A stretch of DNA of 23,936 nucleotides, filler included, from an uncultured virus (IMG/VR IMGVR_UViG_2049941000_000296) (lineage: Duplodnaviria; Heunggongvirae; Uroviricota; Caudoviricetes). It is 17 parts of one record of this genome, joined end to end, with 100 filler letters (N's around TTAATTAATTAA, not from the genome) between each part and the next. Parts side by side here need not be neighbours in the genome. Positions count along the whole stretch, not along the records: positions 14,543 to 15,844 come from IMGVR_UViG_2049941000_000296; positions 15,945 to 18,680 come from IMGVR_UViG_2049941000_000296; positions 18,781 to 20,655 come from IMGVR_UViG_2049941000_000296; positions 20,756 to 23,188 come from IMGVR_UViG_2049941000_000296; positions 23,289 to 23,664 come from IMGVR_UViG_2049941000_000296; positions 23,765 to 23,936 come from IMGVR_UViG_2049941000_000296; 11 more parts are not named here. One strand, 5' to 3'. This document shows, in pieces, positions 15,162 through 23,936 of the stretch. The stretch's first letter is position 1. Every line of letters begins with the position of its first letter. The position numbers and the translations under genes were made by a program. The notes below the pieces were generated by a model. It did not search any database, was not told where the DNA came from, and saw only the letters and a program-made list of their open reading frames with translations.

Positions 15162-16297
15162 TACGATGCCTCAACCCTGACCACCATTCCGGATGTGCCG
15201 GGCGCACCGATGACGGATTGGAGTTCCGACAAGATGCGCTGGTTGCTCTGCGCTATGTCGAAGTTCGTGGCCGCAATCTGGGCGATATGGTCGTTGAGGG
15301 TAGGGAGTGACGCACCGAATGCGTTGNNNNNNNNNNNNNNNNNNNNNNNNNNNNNNNNNNNNNNNNNNNNNNNNNNNNNNNNNNNNNNNNNNNNNNNNNN
15401 NNNNNNNNNNNNNNNNNNNNNNNNNNNNNNNNNNNNNNNNNNNNNNNNNNNNNNNNNNNNNNNNNNNNNNNNNNNNNNNNNNNNNNNNNNNNNNNNNNNN
15501 NNNNNNNNNNNNNNNNNNNNNNNNNNNNNNNNNNNNNNNNNNNNNNNNNNNNNNNNNNNNNNNNNNNNNNNNNNNNNNNNNNNNNNNNNNNNNNNNNNNN
15601 NNNNNNNNNNNNNNNNNNNNNNNNNNNNNNNACCATCGCCATCGCATCTGCGTAGCGGTTCTCCATAAACGCCCTCTTCAAGTCCTCGGTAATCGGGTCG
15701 AGGAAGGTCTCCATAATCGTGGATTGAATGAGCATCTTGGAGTAAGATTTCGCCACATCGTCAAGGATGTCCGCATAGTCAAGCGCGGCATTTCCGGCCT
15801 GCACCCAGGAGTCCACGATCTTGTCTGCTGCCGAACTCGCGATGNNNNNNNNNNNNNNNNNNNNNNNNNNNNNNNNNNNNNNNNNNNNTTAATTAATTAA
15901 NNNNNNNNNNNNNNNNNNNNNNNNNNNNNNNNNNNNNNNNNNNNATTCCCCTTGCCACATCTGCCGCACTTGAAATTGCATTCGCGGCATTCACCAAATT
16001 ACCTTTCCCGGTCGCCTCGCCCAATTCGCGGAAGGAGCCGGCGAGCTCGTTTACTTGGCCAGCCGCATACTTGGCGAACTTGGCGATGGATTTCATTTCC
16101 TGTTCGTCCAGGTTCTTCAAACCCTTCCTGACGGCAGATTGGATCTTGTCCGTGAGTGTGTCGAACGACAACCCGGCATCTTTGACCGACCTCCACAGGC
16201 GAATCATTTCGATCGTGGATTCCGGGAGCTTGTCGTTAAGCGATTCAAGGTCCTCTTCGGTCAGGGTCTCGATGTCCATTCCGAGAGAGCCGAGGAA
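15161..16297 (-). CDS. Tape measure protein, middle and C-terminal fragments
   Basis: Helical pieces at 15945-16297, 15632-15844 and 15161-15326; the last ends LNDHIAQIAATNFDIAQSNQRILSELQSVIG...VRVEAS then TAA. Confidence 0.75.
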
Positions 16298-16307
16298 NNN
16301 NNNNNNN

Positions 16308-17147
16308 GCCGAGCATCGCCGCCGTGTCTGCGACATCGAAACCGATGGAATGCGCGATAGCACCGACATACGGCAGGGCGATCTTCAACTTGTCAAAGTC
16401 GAGAGCCGTCTTGTTGGTGGACGCGGTCAGGATCTCCAACGCCTTCTGCGTCTCCGACGAGTGCATACCGAACATACGAAGTGCGGCACCGGCGAGGTTG
16501 GCCGCGTCCGGTAGTTTCGCGCCGACGGCGGTTGCGAACTGCAACACGCTCGCCTGCATGTTTTGGATTTGCGGTATGTTGTAGCCGAGTTTCGCAAGGG
16601 CGGTCTGCAATTCCGTCACTTGCGATGCGGTCCATTCCGTCGTCCGTCCAAGCATCAAGGCATCGTTCGTGAGCGTCTCGATTTCCTGCTTGGACACTTG
16701 CATAATGGTCGCAAGGTTGGCGTTCGCTTGTTGGAAGTCGGCGATATTCTTGATTGCTTGGCCTATGGTCCGCACGAACAGCCGGATAACGGAAATGATA
16801 CTCCACAAGGTCGCGGAGAAACGAAGCCACGCACGATTGAGGGATATGCCGCTTGATGTCAATCCCTTTGCTTGCCTTTCAATGGCGGCTTTTGCCCTTT
16901 TTTGGGNNNNNNNNNNNNNNNNNNNNNNNNNNNNNNNNNNNNNNNNNNNNNNNNNNNNNNNNNNNNNNNNNNNNNNNNNNNNGAAGGACCGTTCCTCCAC
17001 GACAAGTTTCTTCCGCAAGTTCAAAGACTCCGTAAGAGATTGGTTGAGCCTCTTGGCGAGGTTGATGTCGTCATTGACCTGCTGCTTGAACTTGGTATCG
17101 TTCAGGATGACCTCGAAATTGAGTTGATCTATCGTGCTGCGAGCCAT
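16308..17147 (-). CDS. Tape measure protein, N-terminal part (TP901-family core)
   Basis: ADFQQANANLATI...LTNDALMLGRTTEWTASQVTELQTALAKLG...VLQFATA...AANLAGAALRMFG. Confidence 0.92.
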
Positions 17148-17150
17148 TTT

Positions 17151-17966
17151 TTATTCCGTGTTAAATAGTTCTTCGGTTGTGAACCCGGACTCTTGCGCCA
17201 TCCTTTCCTTCCGTCTNNNNNNNNNNCTAATGGACTCTTCCGTCTTGGCTATCGCGGGGTCTTTCGGGTTGTATTCGTAGTTTTCCACCGTCTTCCTCTT
17301 ACCCTTCTTCTTCTCATTCAAGTACAAGGTGTGCGGGAGGTCGGCCTGCATTATTTGTATCTGCGGAACGGTCAAAACGCACCGTGCCGTGTAGTTTGTG
17401 ATCCGCCCCACGAACGGAATCCAACGAGAGTCTCCGTAGCAGGGAAAATCCTTTATGAAGGCGGCTATCCGCCCGGTGTGGGTTCGCGAAGGGATTGCTC
17501 TACTTCCCCCTTCGTCAAGTTCATCAAATCCGTCCTCGTACCCGTCCAAGATGTGATAGTGTAAAAGGACATCACGCAGTACTCCGTTATTTTTTTTTTG
17601 AATGGCCGTCGTTACCGATGCCATCTGCGCCTCGTTGTACTTTCTCACAAACGCCCACCAACGCCACTTCAAGGGGTAGAGTAGGGCAATCTTCAACGGA
17701 CTGTTCAAAACGGCTAAAACGGCCATTTTTATTGAGAAATACGGGTGCTTGACGGCTGACCGCATCACCTCGTTCGAGTCGCCATTTTTTGCAACTTGTT
17801 CAATTTCCTCTCGTTCAAGGAGGAGCTCCGTTATCTTCTGGACGGTGTAGTCGTGCAGAAAGGAAATCTTGAGTTTCCTCCTTGTCCCGGGAATAGTAAC
17901 ATACTCGCTTTTGTTGGACTCAAGCTGCGCGAGTACCATTCGTGTTGCTAATTCGGGCTGGTTCAT
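17151..17966 (-). CDS. Tail assembly chaperone (G/GT type), reading through as the fusion form in this assembly
   Basis: Lies between the tube and TMP genes; A10 run at 17590-17599; an alternative short-form frame ends at TAG 17465-17467. Confidence 0.75.
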   Translation of the reverse strand: MNQPELATRMVLAQLESNKSEYVTIPGTRRKLKISFLHDYTVQKITELLLEREEIEQVAKNGDSNEVMRSAVKHPYFSIKMAVLAVLNSPLKIALLYPLKWRWWAFVRKYNEAQMASVTTAIQKKNNGVLRDVLLHYHILDGYEDGFDELDEGGSRAIPSRTHTGRIAAFIKDFPCYGDSRWIPFVGRITNYTARCVLTVPQIQIMQADLPHTLYLNEKKKGKRKTVENYEYNPKDPAIAKTEESIXXXXRRKERMAQESGFTTEELFNTE

Positions 17967-17976
17967 ATATGCTTAT

Positions 17977-18008
17977 AAAAAAGGGGCAGGGCTTTCGCAC
18001 CCCGCCCC
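17977..18008 (-). terminator. Intrinsic terminator after the major tail gene
   Basis: Minus strand GGGGCGGG-GTGCGAAAG-CCCTGCCCC followed by T6. Confidence 0.8.
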
Positions 18009-18032
18009 AAAGGTTTAGGTTCGTCGGACCAA

Positions 18033-18626
18033 CTAAACAGTCGTGGCCTTGAGGACGGCGAAGTCGCCGACCGGGGTAGCCGGGGTTCCCTTCGTGAACG
18101 GGTTCGGGAGAACGAAGCCCGTGAAGGAAAGGTAGGCGGGATTTTGGTTGTCGTCCTTCTTCGGCTTGGACACGATCATCTTCACATGCGGGAAGAGGAT
18201 AGCCGTGTTCTTGCTCTCGGACTCGGCAAGCACCGTGACCTCGATGATTTCCGGGGTGGCGAGGAAGCCCTTGCCTGTGTAGGTCGTGCTTTCGCCGCCG
18301 GTAACGGTGCCGGTGGCCTGGCCTTCCGTGAAGAAGTATTCGAGGAGCGCGGTGGCGACGGACGGGATGTTTCCGGTCATGCGCCAGTTGCCGCCTTTGT
18401 CCATCTGGACATCGATGACCTCTTGGTGTTGGTCAATCTTGATGTCGGTCGAGGAAGGGTCGTCGCACTCCAGGTTGAACGTGCCTTCGAGGGTGTAGAT
18501 TTTGTCTGCGGCGGAGAAGTCCTGCGCAGTCGTGAGGTCCACACCGGCGGAGGTGTAAGCCTTGAGGGAGAGACATGCGTTGCCGATGTGGAGGTCGTCA
18601 AGCATCGCGTGGGTAAGAGTAGCCAT
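18033..18626 (-). CDS. Major tail tube protein
   Basis: Complete 197-aa beta-rich ORF with strong C/G-ending codon bias, followed by terminator, chaperone and TMP. Confidence 0.75.
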   Translation of the reverse strand: MATLTHAMLDDLHIGNACLSLKAYTSAGVDLTTAQDFSAADKIYTLEGTFNLECDDPSSTDIKIDQHQEVIDVQMDKGGNWRMTGNIPSVATALLEYFFTEGQATGTVTGGESTTYTGKGFLATPEIIEVTVLAESESKNTAILFPHVKMIVSKPKKDDNQNPAYLSFTGFVLPNPFTKGTPATPVGDFAVLKATTV

Positions 18627-18630
18627 AGTT

Positions 18631-18680
18631 CTATGTTGCCTTTACGATTAAACGGTAAGTGATAATCCTTGCGTGGAATC
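18631..18680 (-). CDS. C-terminus of probable tail terminator/completion protein
   Basis: FHARIITYRLIVKAT then TAG, 4 nt before the tube start. Positional call. Confidence 0.45.
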
Positions 18681-18780
18681 NNNNNNNNNNNNNNNNNNNN
18701 NNNNNNNNNNNNNNNNNNNNNNNNTTAATTAATTAANNNNNNNNNNNNNNNNNNNNNNNNNNNNNNNNNNNNNNNNNNNN

Positions 18781-19135
18781 GGATTTTGGGATTGGGGTCG
18801 GAAAACGGCTCATCCCACTTGTCGTATAGGTCTTTCGCCATCTGCATAAGAGCGTCACGCGAAACGACATTCTTGATTGCGACATAGTGAGTCCAACCGC
18901 CGTCCGACTCTCCCTGCGTCCCCGACTTGGTGGAAGATACGGCGGCACCGAAATAGGCATCTGCGAGGATAAGGTCGCGGGTCCGTTCGTCGGTGTTGGC
19001 GACGAGGGTGGAATCGTCATCGACCCCCCGGTGCAGGAAAGTGGCCCACATAAATTCATCGGAATAGTCGATGATGTGGTCGGTCTTGGCCTTGAACCAA
19101 CTCGCAAGAGTCATATTGTTAGCGATGCTTGCCAT
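18781..19135 (-). CDS. Head-tail connector-like protein (DUF6706-like); 3'-truncated
   Basis: RTRDLILADAY...ESDGGWTH...MAKDLYDKWDEP; immediately downstream of the capsid gene. Confidence 0.65.
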
Positions 19136-19169
19136 ATCTTCCGTCGGATTTCACGATTTCAAAGAGCTT

Positions 19170-19659
19170 TTAGGCGTTCGGGAACAGGTACCAGAAGTAC
19201 TGCGGCACGGTCGGGATGACGAGGGAGGTCATCTCCGTGTTGTAGCTCTGGCACTTCTTCACATAGTCAACGCCGACGGTGAGGAGGAGCTTGCCGCCGT
19301 AGAAGGAACCATATTGGCCGCCCTCGATGGCGATAGGCTCGACGGTCTTGACCACACCGATCTCGCCGTCCGGGACGAACACCCACACGTTCTTGTTGAA
19401 CGCATCGACGTTGGAACGGACGAAAGCCTTGTTGGTCTTGTCGATGCTCTCGATGGAAACGAGGGAGTCGATAGCCTTGATAGGCGCACCAATGAGGGCT
19501 TCCAGACGAGCCTTGAGGGTCTCGTAAGGCTGGATGCGGGCATAGGCGGCCTGGGCGGTTGAGTCGCTGGCGGGCAGCATGGAGATGCCGATGACGGACA
19601 GGACGGCGGAGTGGTACAGGCACTCCTTGAGGTAGTCGATGTTCACCTCGAAGTGGCCG
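19170..19659 (-). CDS. Major capsid protein (lambda gpE-like), C-terminal fragment
   Basis: AFNKNVWVFVPDGEIG...TEMTSLVIPTVPQYFWYL; strong codon bias. Confidence 0.8.
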
Positions 19660-19669
19660 NNNNNNNNNN

Positions 19670-19838
19670 CCGCGCCGGTGGCGGCGAGGGTGTAGCCGTT
19701 CGCGCTACCGCCGAGGTTGCCGAAGTAGATGTCGTTGTAGAGGTAGCCGTTCGGCTGGTTCGCGAGGCTCTTGCTGGAACCGGCGGCGGTGGCGGAGGAA
19801 ATGGCGATGTAGTCACCGGCGGGGGGGGTGGTCACGGG
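19670..19838 (-). CDS. Displaced fragment of the head decoration protein
   Basis: AGDYIAISSATAAGSSKSLANQPNGYLYNDIY continues the gene starting at 20533 rather than the capsid. Confidence 0.55.
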
Positions 19839-19848
19839 NNNNNNNNNN

Positions 19849-20093
19849 GGCGTTCCGGGCAACCTTGACCATCGCGGAGAGGTCGCCAACCGGGTCGGCG
19901 GCGGAACCTTCGTTACCGGCGGTGTGGGTGGAGGAGGTCCACCAACGGGCGTNNNNNNNNNNGTCGGAAAGGGTGGTCTTGTTCGCGGCGGGAACATGGT
20001 AGTCGATGACCACGTTCTTGATACCCTTCGGGTTGTTCGTGTCGGTGATGGCGAACTTACCGGCGGAGACGGCCTGATGACGCTGATAGGTCA
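19849..20093 (-). CDS. Major capsid protein, middle fragments
   Basis: TYQRHQAVSAGKFAITDTNNPKGIKNVVIDYHVPAANK and WW...AADPVGDL fit the gpE-like idy.vp..nk / W....adPi.Dl pattern. Confidence 0.75.
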
Positions 20094-20103
20094 NNNNNNN
20101 NNN

Positions 20104-20533
20104 TCGCGGAGTGGAGGACCTTGATTTCGTACTTGCCAACATTGTCGCCGGTGAGGGCGGTAATGGAGGCAACCACGGCGGCCTTGCCGGTAGCGGCGAA
20201 CGTGGCACCGACCTTCTGGATGAGGTCGTCAGCAGCAGGAACGAGTTCAGCACCGCCGAACCCGGCGGCCTTGATGACGATAGTGTCCTCGGTAGCGGGG
20301 GAAACGGCGGCGGTGAAAGAGACTACCTCCCACGCGACGAACGGGGTGATGATCTTCCCGGTGAGGTTAACCGGCGCACCCGCGCCCAGAAGGAAACCGG
20401 GCTTGGCGTACTCCTTCGCGAGAGTACCGCCGACGGGGACGGGGCCAACGAAGTCCAGCCACACGGGAACATGGCTCTGGTTAGTCTCGATGGACTCGGA
20501 GCCAAATGCGTTGAAAGAGCTGAATTTAGGCAT
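20104..20533 (-). CDS. Head decoration-like structural protein, N-terminal part
   Basis: MPKFSSFNAFG...VPVW...PVGGTL...GAGAPV; upstream of the capsid; highly biased codons. Confidence 0.6.
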
Positions 20534-20552
20534 CTTGTGTTAATGTTTGGGG

Positions 20553-20655
20553 TTACTTTTCCTGCGGAGGCAGAAGTCCCTGCTTGCGGAGGAAGTCGTT
20601 CTTGTGGTCGGTAGCGGATTTGCTGTCGATGAACGGCTGCCCGCCGTACCCCGGA
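20553..20655 (-). CDS. C-terminus of probable scaffolding protein
   Basis: PGYGGQPFIDSKSATDHKNDFLRKQGLLPPQEK then TAA. Positional call. Confidence 0.4.
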
Positions 20656-20755
20656 NNNNNNNNNNNNNNNNNNNNNNNNNNNNNNNNNNNNNNNNNNNNT
20701 TAATTAATTAANNNNNNNNNNNNNNNNNNNNNNNNNNNNNNNNNNNNNNNNNNNN

Positions 20756-21874
20756 CTCCGTACCTATCCCCCCGGCGATTGTCGGGACCGCGCCCATCAA
20801 CACCCCGGGATCGGTGTTTGTCAATCCACTTAACGATGTCCAAAGGGAATTGAGGACACAAGGCGACTTCGTGCGGGAGTTCTACCCTTCCTCGCACAAG
20901 ATCAATTACATCAAGTACTACCCGAACACGATGTATGTCAACCGCGAGTCTGGCTCCTACCAAGCCAAAGTCCGGTCCCGCATCGCGGTCGGTTTCCAAC
21001 AATACATTCACTTGCAGAGAAAGGAGGCCCTTCTCGGGAACAATGTCGGTATGCGCCTCGTATCCGAGTCCACCAACCAACAAATGATTGACCGGCTTGC
21101 CTTCTTCCGCGAAGGTTGGGAGGACAAGGATATGGAGGTGGCCGTGAACGAGGCTATTTCCGCAGACTTCTGCGTGGCCGATGTCGCGGTGTATGTCTAT
21201 ATGGACGAAGGAAAGGTGCGTTGGCGCGTGTTCTCCTACACCAACGGAGATGTCCTCTATCCACACTACGACTCGTTGACCGGAGACCTTGCCCTCTTGG
21301 GACGGCTCTACACCCAATGCGATTGGGACGGAAAGACCACCCGATACCTTGATGTCGTGGATAAGACCCATTTCATCACCTACCGGGAGGACACCGAAAA
21401 CGACGGTTGGGAGGCTGAAGGCGAGGCCACGCCACACGGGTTCCCCATCTGCCCGGTAGCCTACCACCGTTCCGACAATGGACCGGTATGGTCTGCGTCC
21501 CAAGCCCTTATCGACGGGTGGGAAATCGCCCTATCCCAATTCTCCGAGAACAATGCGGCCTACGCCCTCCGCATCCTCTACACCCTCGGCGGTGACTTCG
21601 AGTTGATGACCAACACGGACGGAACACCCGCCCGTATCGACTCCATCGACACCAACGCAAAGGTTGGATTCCTCGAACCAGCCGCCGGTGCGGACGGCGC
21701 GTTCACAAAGCAGCTCGACTTGATGAAGAAGGAAATCCTCCGGGGTTCGTTCGTGGTTGAAACACCTGAAATAAAGTCTGGCGCGGATATTTCCTCCAGG
21801 ACGGTCAAGATGATGTTCGCCGACTCCTACATGAAGGCGATGTCAGACTCTATGGAGTACCAACAATTCCTTAA
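20756..21874 (+). CDS. Portal protein (SPP1 gp6-like), main part; 5'-truncated
   Basis: TQGDFVREFYPSSHKIN, FSYTNGDVLYPHYD, PHGFPICPVAYHR, SQALID.WE, KSGADISSRTVKMMF. Joins in frame to 22826. Confidence 0.85.
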
Positions 21875-21884
21875 NNNNNNNNNN

Positions 21885-22235
21885 GTACGGGTTCCGTCGC
21901 TACGAGGCTGATGTCAAGAGAGGCATTTACAAGAGCGCAAAACCGCTTTTCCGTGGCCTTGCGAATTTCGCGGACACCTCCTTCGAGGCAAAGTTCTACA
22001 ACGGGACCGGGGCCACGATGAAGATGGAACACCTTGCAGACCTTACCAAAGTCAAGGATCGTTTCCGTGGTGCGGAAATGCCCTATATCGTCATCGAGGA
22101 ACTTGCGGAATTTACCCGGGAGTCCATGTCGGTCATCTTCGACCTTATCGGCTCAAACCGTTCCACCGCTGGAGTCCGGCCACGTTTCATCTGCACATGC
22201 AACCCCGTAGGCCGGTCCAACAAGCTCCGTTGGTT
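21885..22235 (+). CDS. Terminase large subunit, ATPase fragment
   Basis: FRR motif, RFRGAEMPYIVIEELAEF (Walker B), ICTCNP (coupling motif). Confidence 0.85.
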
Positions 22236-22245
22236 NNNNNNNNNN

Positions 22246-22808
22246 TCTTGTGGGCGATGGACGGGATGCATATCATAGACCTTTTTGCGAAACGGTATGT
22301 AACCAGCGAAGATGTCATCCCGATTATCCTTGAGTTCTTGAAAAAGAACGAGATACCCAAAGAGAACTTTGCCTTCGATGTCAACGGCATCGGCAACTGG
22401 CTCAAGCAGTCCGAGGAATTGAGGGGTTGTTGGGGATTCGACAATAAGGCCCCGGCGAAAGACAAGACCTCCTACAACACACGAAAGTCCGAATGTGCGG
22501 GCTTGTTAGTCGATGCCTTGCAGAACGGACAACTGTCCATCGAGGAAAGCCTACTACGAAAGACCTACACCGAGAAAAGGGTGCCCTTTACCGTCCGGGA
22601 CAAGCTCGTCGAGGAAAGGATTGCAATCAAGTGGAAAGAGGACGAAAACCCAAAAGCCCTTATAAAAAAGACTGACATGAAAGGACTTATCGGACACTCC
22701 CCGGACTGGATAGAGGCCCTTTTGTATTGCCTTGACCGTATGGATTACGCAAAGAAAGCACGCCGCGTCCGCCGTGGCGATTGGAGTTGGGTTTGGAATG
22801 TAAACTAA
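22246..22808 (+). CDS. Terminase large subunit, C-terminal nuclease domain
   Basis: FAFDVNGIG, YNTRKSEC, MKGLIGHSPDWIEAL. Confidence 0.85.
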
Positions 22809-22825
22809 AACGAAANNNNNNNNNN

Positions 22826-23171
22826 CCGGTTGTCAACCCTTTTCAAGCACGGCTACTTCACCGAGCGCAACCGCGTCCACGAAGCCGAGTCCTTCAAGGT
22901 AAAGACTTATCTCGACCCGTTCATCTTCCTCTCCGAGAACGATGTCATCGCCGGTATCCAACAACTTGTTACTTGCGGGGCGATGTCCACCAAGACCGCG
23001 ACCGAGCTGGCCTACAACATCGGCTACTCCTCCCCGGACGAGGTGAACCGCATCCTCCAGGAGGCCCACGACGAACTGGTCGCCGAGTCCCAGGTGCAGA
23101 ACGCGCAGGCGGCCCAGCAGACGACAACCAAGTCCAACCCCGTAGCCGAGAGCAGAAATGCCGGTCAGTAA
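22826..23171 (+). CDS. Portal protein, C-terminal part
   Basis: RLSTLFKHG...GAMSTKTATE...DEVNRILQE; codon AAC is reconstituted across 21873-21874 and 22826. Confidence 0.8.
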
Positions 23172-23376
23172 CGAAAGGATCGTTTCCGNNNNNNNNNNNN
23201 NNNNNNNNNNNNNNNNNNNNNNNNNNNNNNNNTTAATTAATTAANNNNNNNNNNNNNNNNNNNNNNNNNNNNNNNNNNNNNNNNNNNNTGGGGCCCCCTG
23301 GCGCGAGCGAGCGCCCGCTCACGCCGTCCGCCGTCCGGGGCTGTTGCAATAGTGCTATATTATAACCCGAAAAGGG

Positions 23377-23640
23377 CTATTTTGCACCCTTTTTCCGGGC
23401 GTTTTGGTACAGCGGACACGCCTCGCACGATATCGGCAAATAAACCCTTTGAACGCGCCCTTCCTTTGCGGCCTCCCGGTCCGCTTTTTGGCCCTGAATA
23501 ATCACTTTTAGGGCATCGAGAGCCTCGCCCGGATCGCTCGCCGTGTTTACTAATTCATTCAATTTGGCCTGCTGTGCCGCCGGGCTGCTGTAATCAACAA
23601 ATTTTGTACGGGCGTTTTCCGGCGCGGCTTTTGCCCGTTC
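23377..23640 (-). CDS. Hypothetical protein with C-terminal CxxC, possibly terminase small subunit; 5'-truncated
   Basis: ...KLNELVNTASDPGEALDALKVII...RVYLPISCEACPLY. The TerS role is a guess from context. Confidence 0.5.
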   Translation of the reverse strand, partial: ERAKAAPENARTKFVDYSSPAAQQAKLNELVNTASDPGEALDALKVIIQGQKADREAAKEGRVQRVYLPISCEACPLYQNARKKGAK

Positions 23641-23765
23641 ACCAACAAATGATTGACCGGCTTGNNNNNNNNNNNNNNNNNNNNNNNNNNNNNNNNNNNN
23701 NNNNNNNNTTAATTAATTAANNNNNNNNNNNNNNNNNNNNNNNNNNNNNNNNNNNNNNNNNNNNC

Positions 23766-23936
23766 CGGGTTTATAAGCGGCGCACGACCTTCGCCAACGA
23801 CTTCGCGATCGCGGAGTGTTTCGGGGATGATGCCATCCTCGACACCTACCGCCGCGCGGTCCGGGAGTGGATCGGGAACTACAAGTATATGACCGAGCTC
23901 ATTATGGTGCTCAACTGGCTCTGCTGGTTCTCCCTG
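23766..23936 (+). CDS. Conserved hypothetical phage protein fragment
   Basis: YKRRTTFANDFAIAECFGDDAILDTYRRAVREWIGNYKYMTELIMVLNW; open at both ends. Confidence 0.65.

Noticed and set aside
20700..21503. Long antisense ORFs (also 3411-4169, 18144-18662, 19071-19562)
   Set aside because: Shadow frames of GC3-rich real genes on the opposite strand.
22081..22110. Terminase Walker B IEE instead of DE as a sign of inactivation
   Set aside because: EE variants occur in functional PBSX-type terminases, and the other motifs are intact.
1258..23720. Sixteen TTAATTAATTAA copies as a repeat family or CRISPR-like array
   Set aside because: Each is centred in 44+44 Ns and has stops in all six frames, so it is an assembly linker.
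1..23936. Stop-codon reassignment, tRNA genes, CRISPR arrays, IS elements or known defence systems
   Set aside because: Genes end normally at TAA, TAG and TGA, and none of these elements is recognisable in the sequenced parts. The gaps could hide them.

Overview
This window is a heavily gapped and partly mis-ordered scaffold of a temperate, long-tailed (siphovirus-like) phage or prophage. Its host is most likely Bacteroidota, based on two exact TTTG-N19-TAnnTTTG promoters, A-rich SD-less gene starts and the protein families present. Sixteen artificial 100-nt spacers (N44-TTAATTAATTAA-N44) and many 10-N gaps break most genes, and several genes are visibly split with their pieces shuffled, so many ORFs in the supplied track are chimeric. 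Modules present: early accessory genes (degenerate RadC/JAB, DUF4314-like); immunity (S24/CI-like repressor, a second HTH gene, promoter and operators); recombination and replication (nuclease, SSB, DnaB); an HNH endonuclease; lysis (DUF5675-like lysin, holin-like fragment, DUF6808-like protein); a tyrosine recombinase; tail (fibre, LamG-like and SGNH modules, Tal, Dit, tape measure, chaperone, tube); and head/packaging (connector, capsid, decoration, portal, TerL, TerS-like). Best leads: (i) a candidate single-chain spanin with an N-terminal TM, a linker rich in O-glycosylation sequons and a C-terminal BAM-type beta-signal; (ii) a perfect 11-6-11 dif-like site inside the tail operon, in a genome that also carries an antisense tyrosine recombinase; (iii) a tail-chaperone A10 slippery site in a reversed reading-frame configuration; (iv) a three-operator immunity region with a tandem HTH paralogue. 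All family names come from motif recognition by eye; no searches were run.
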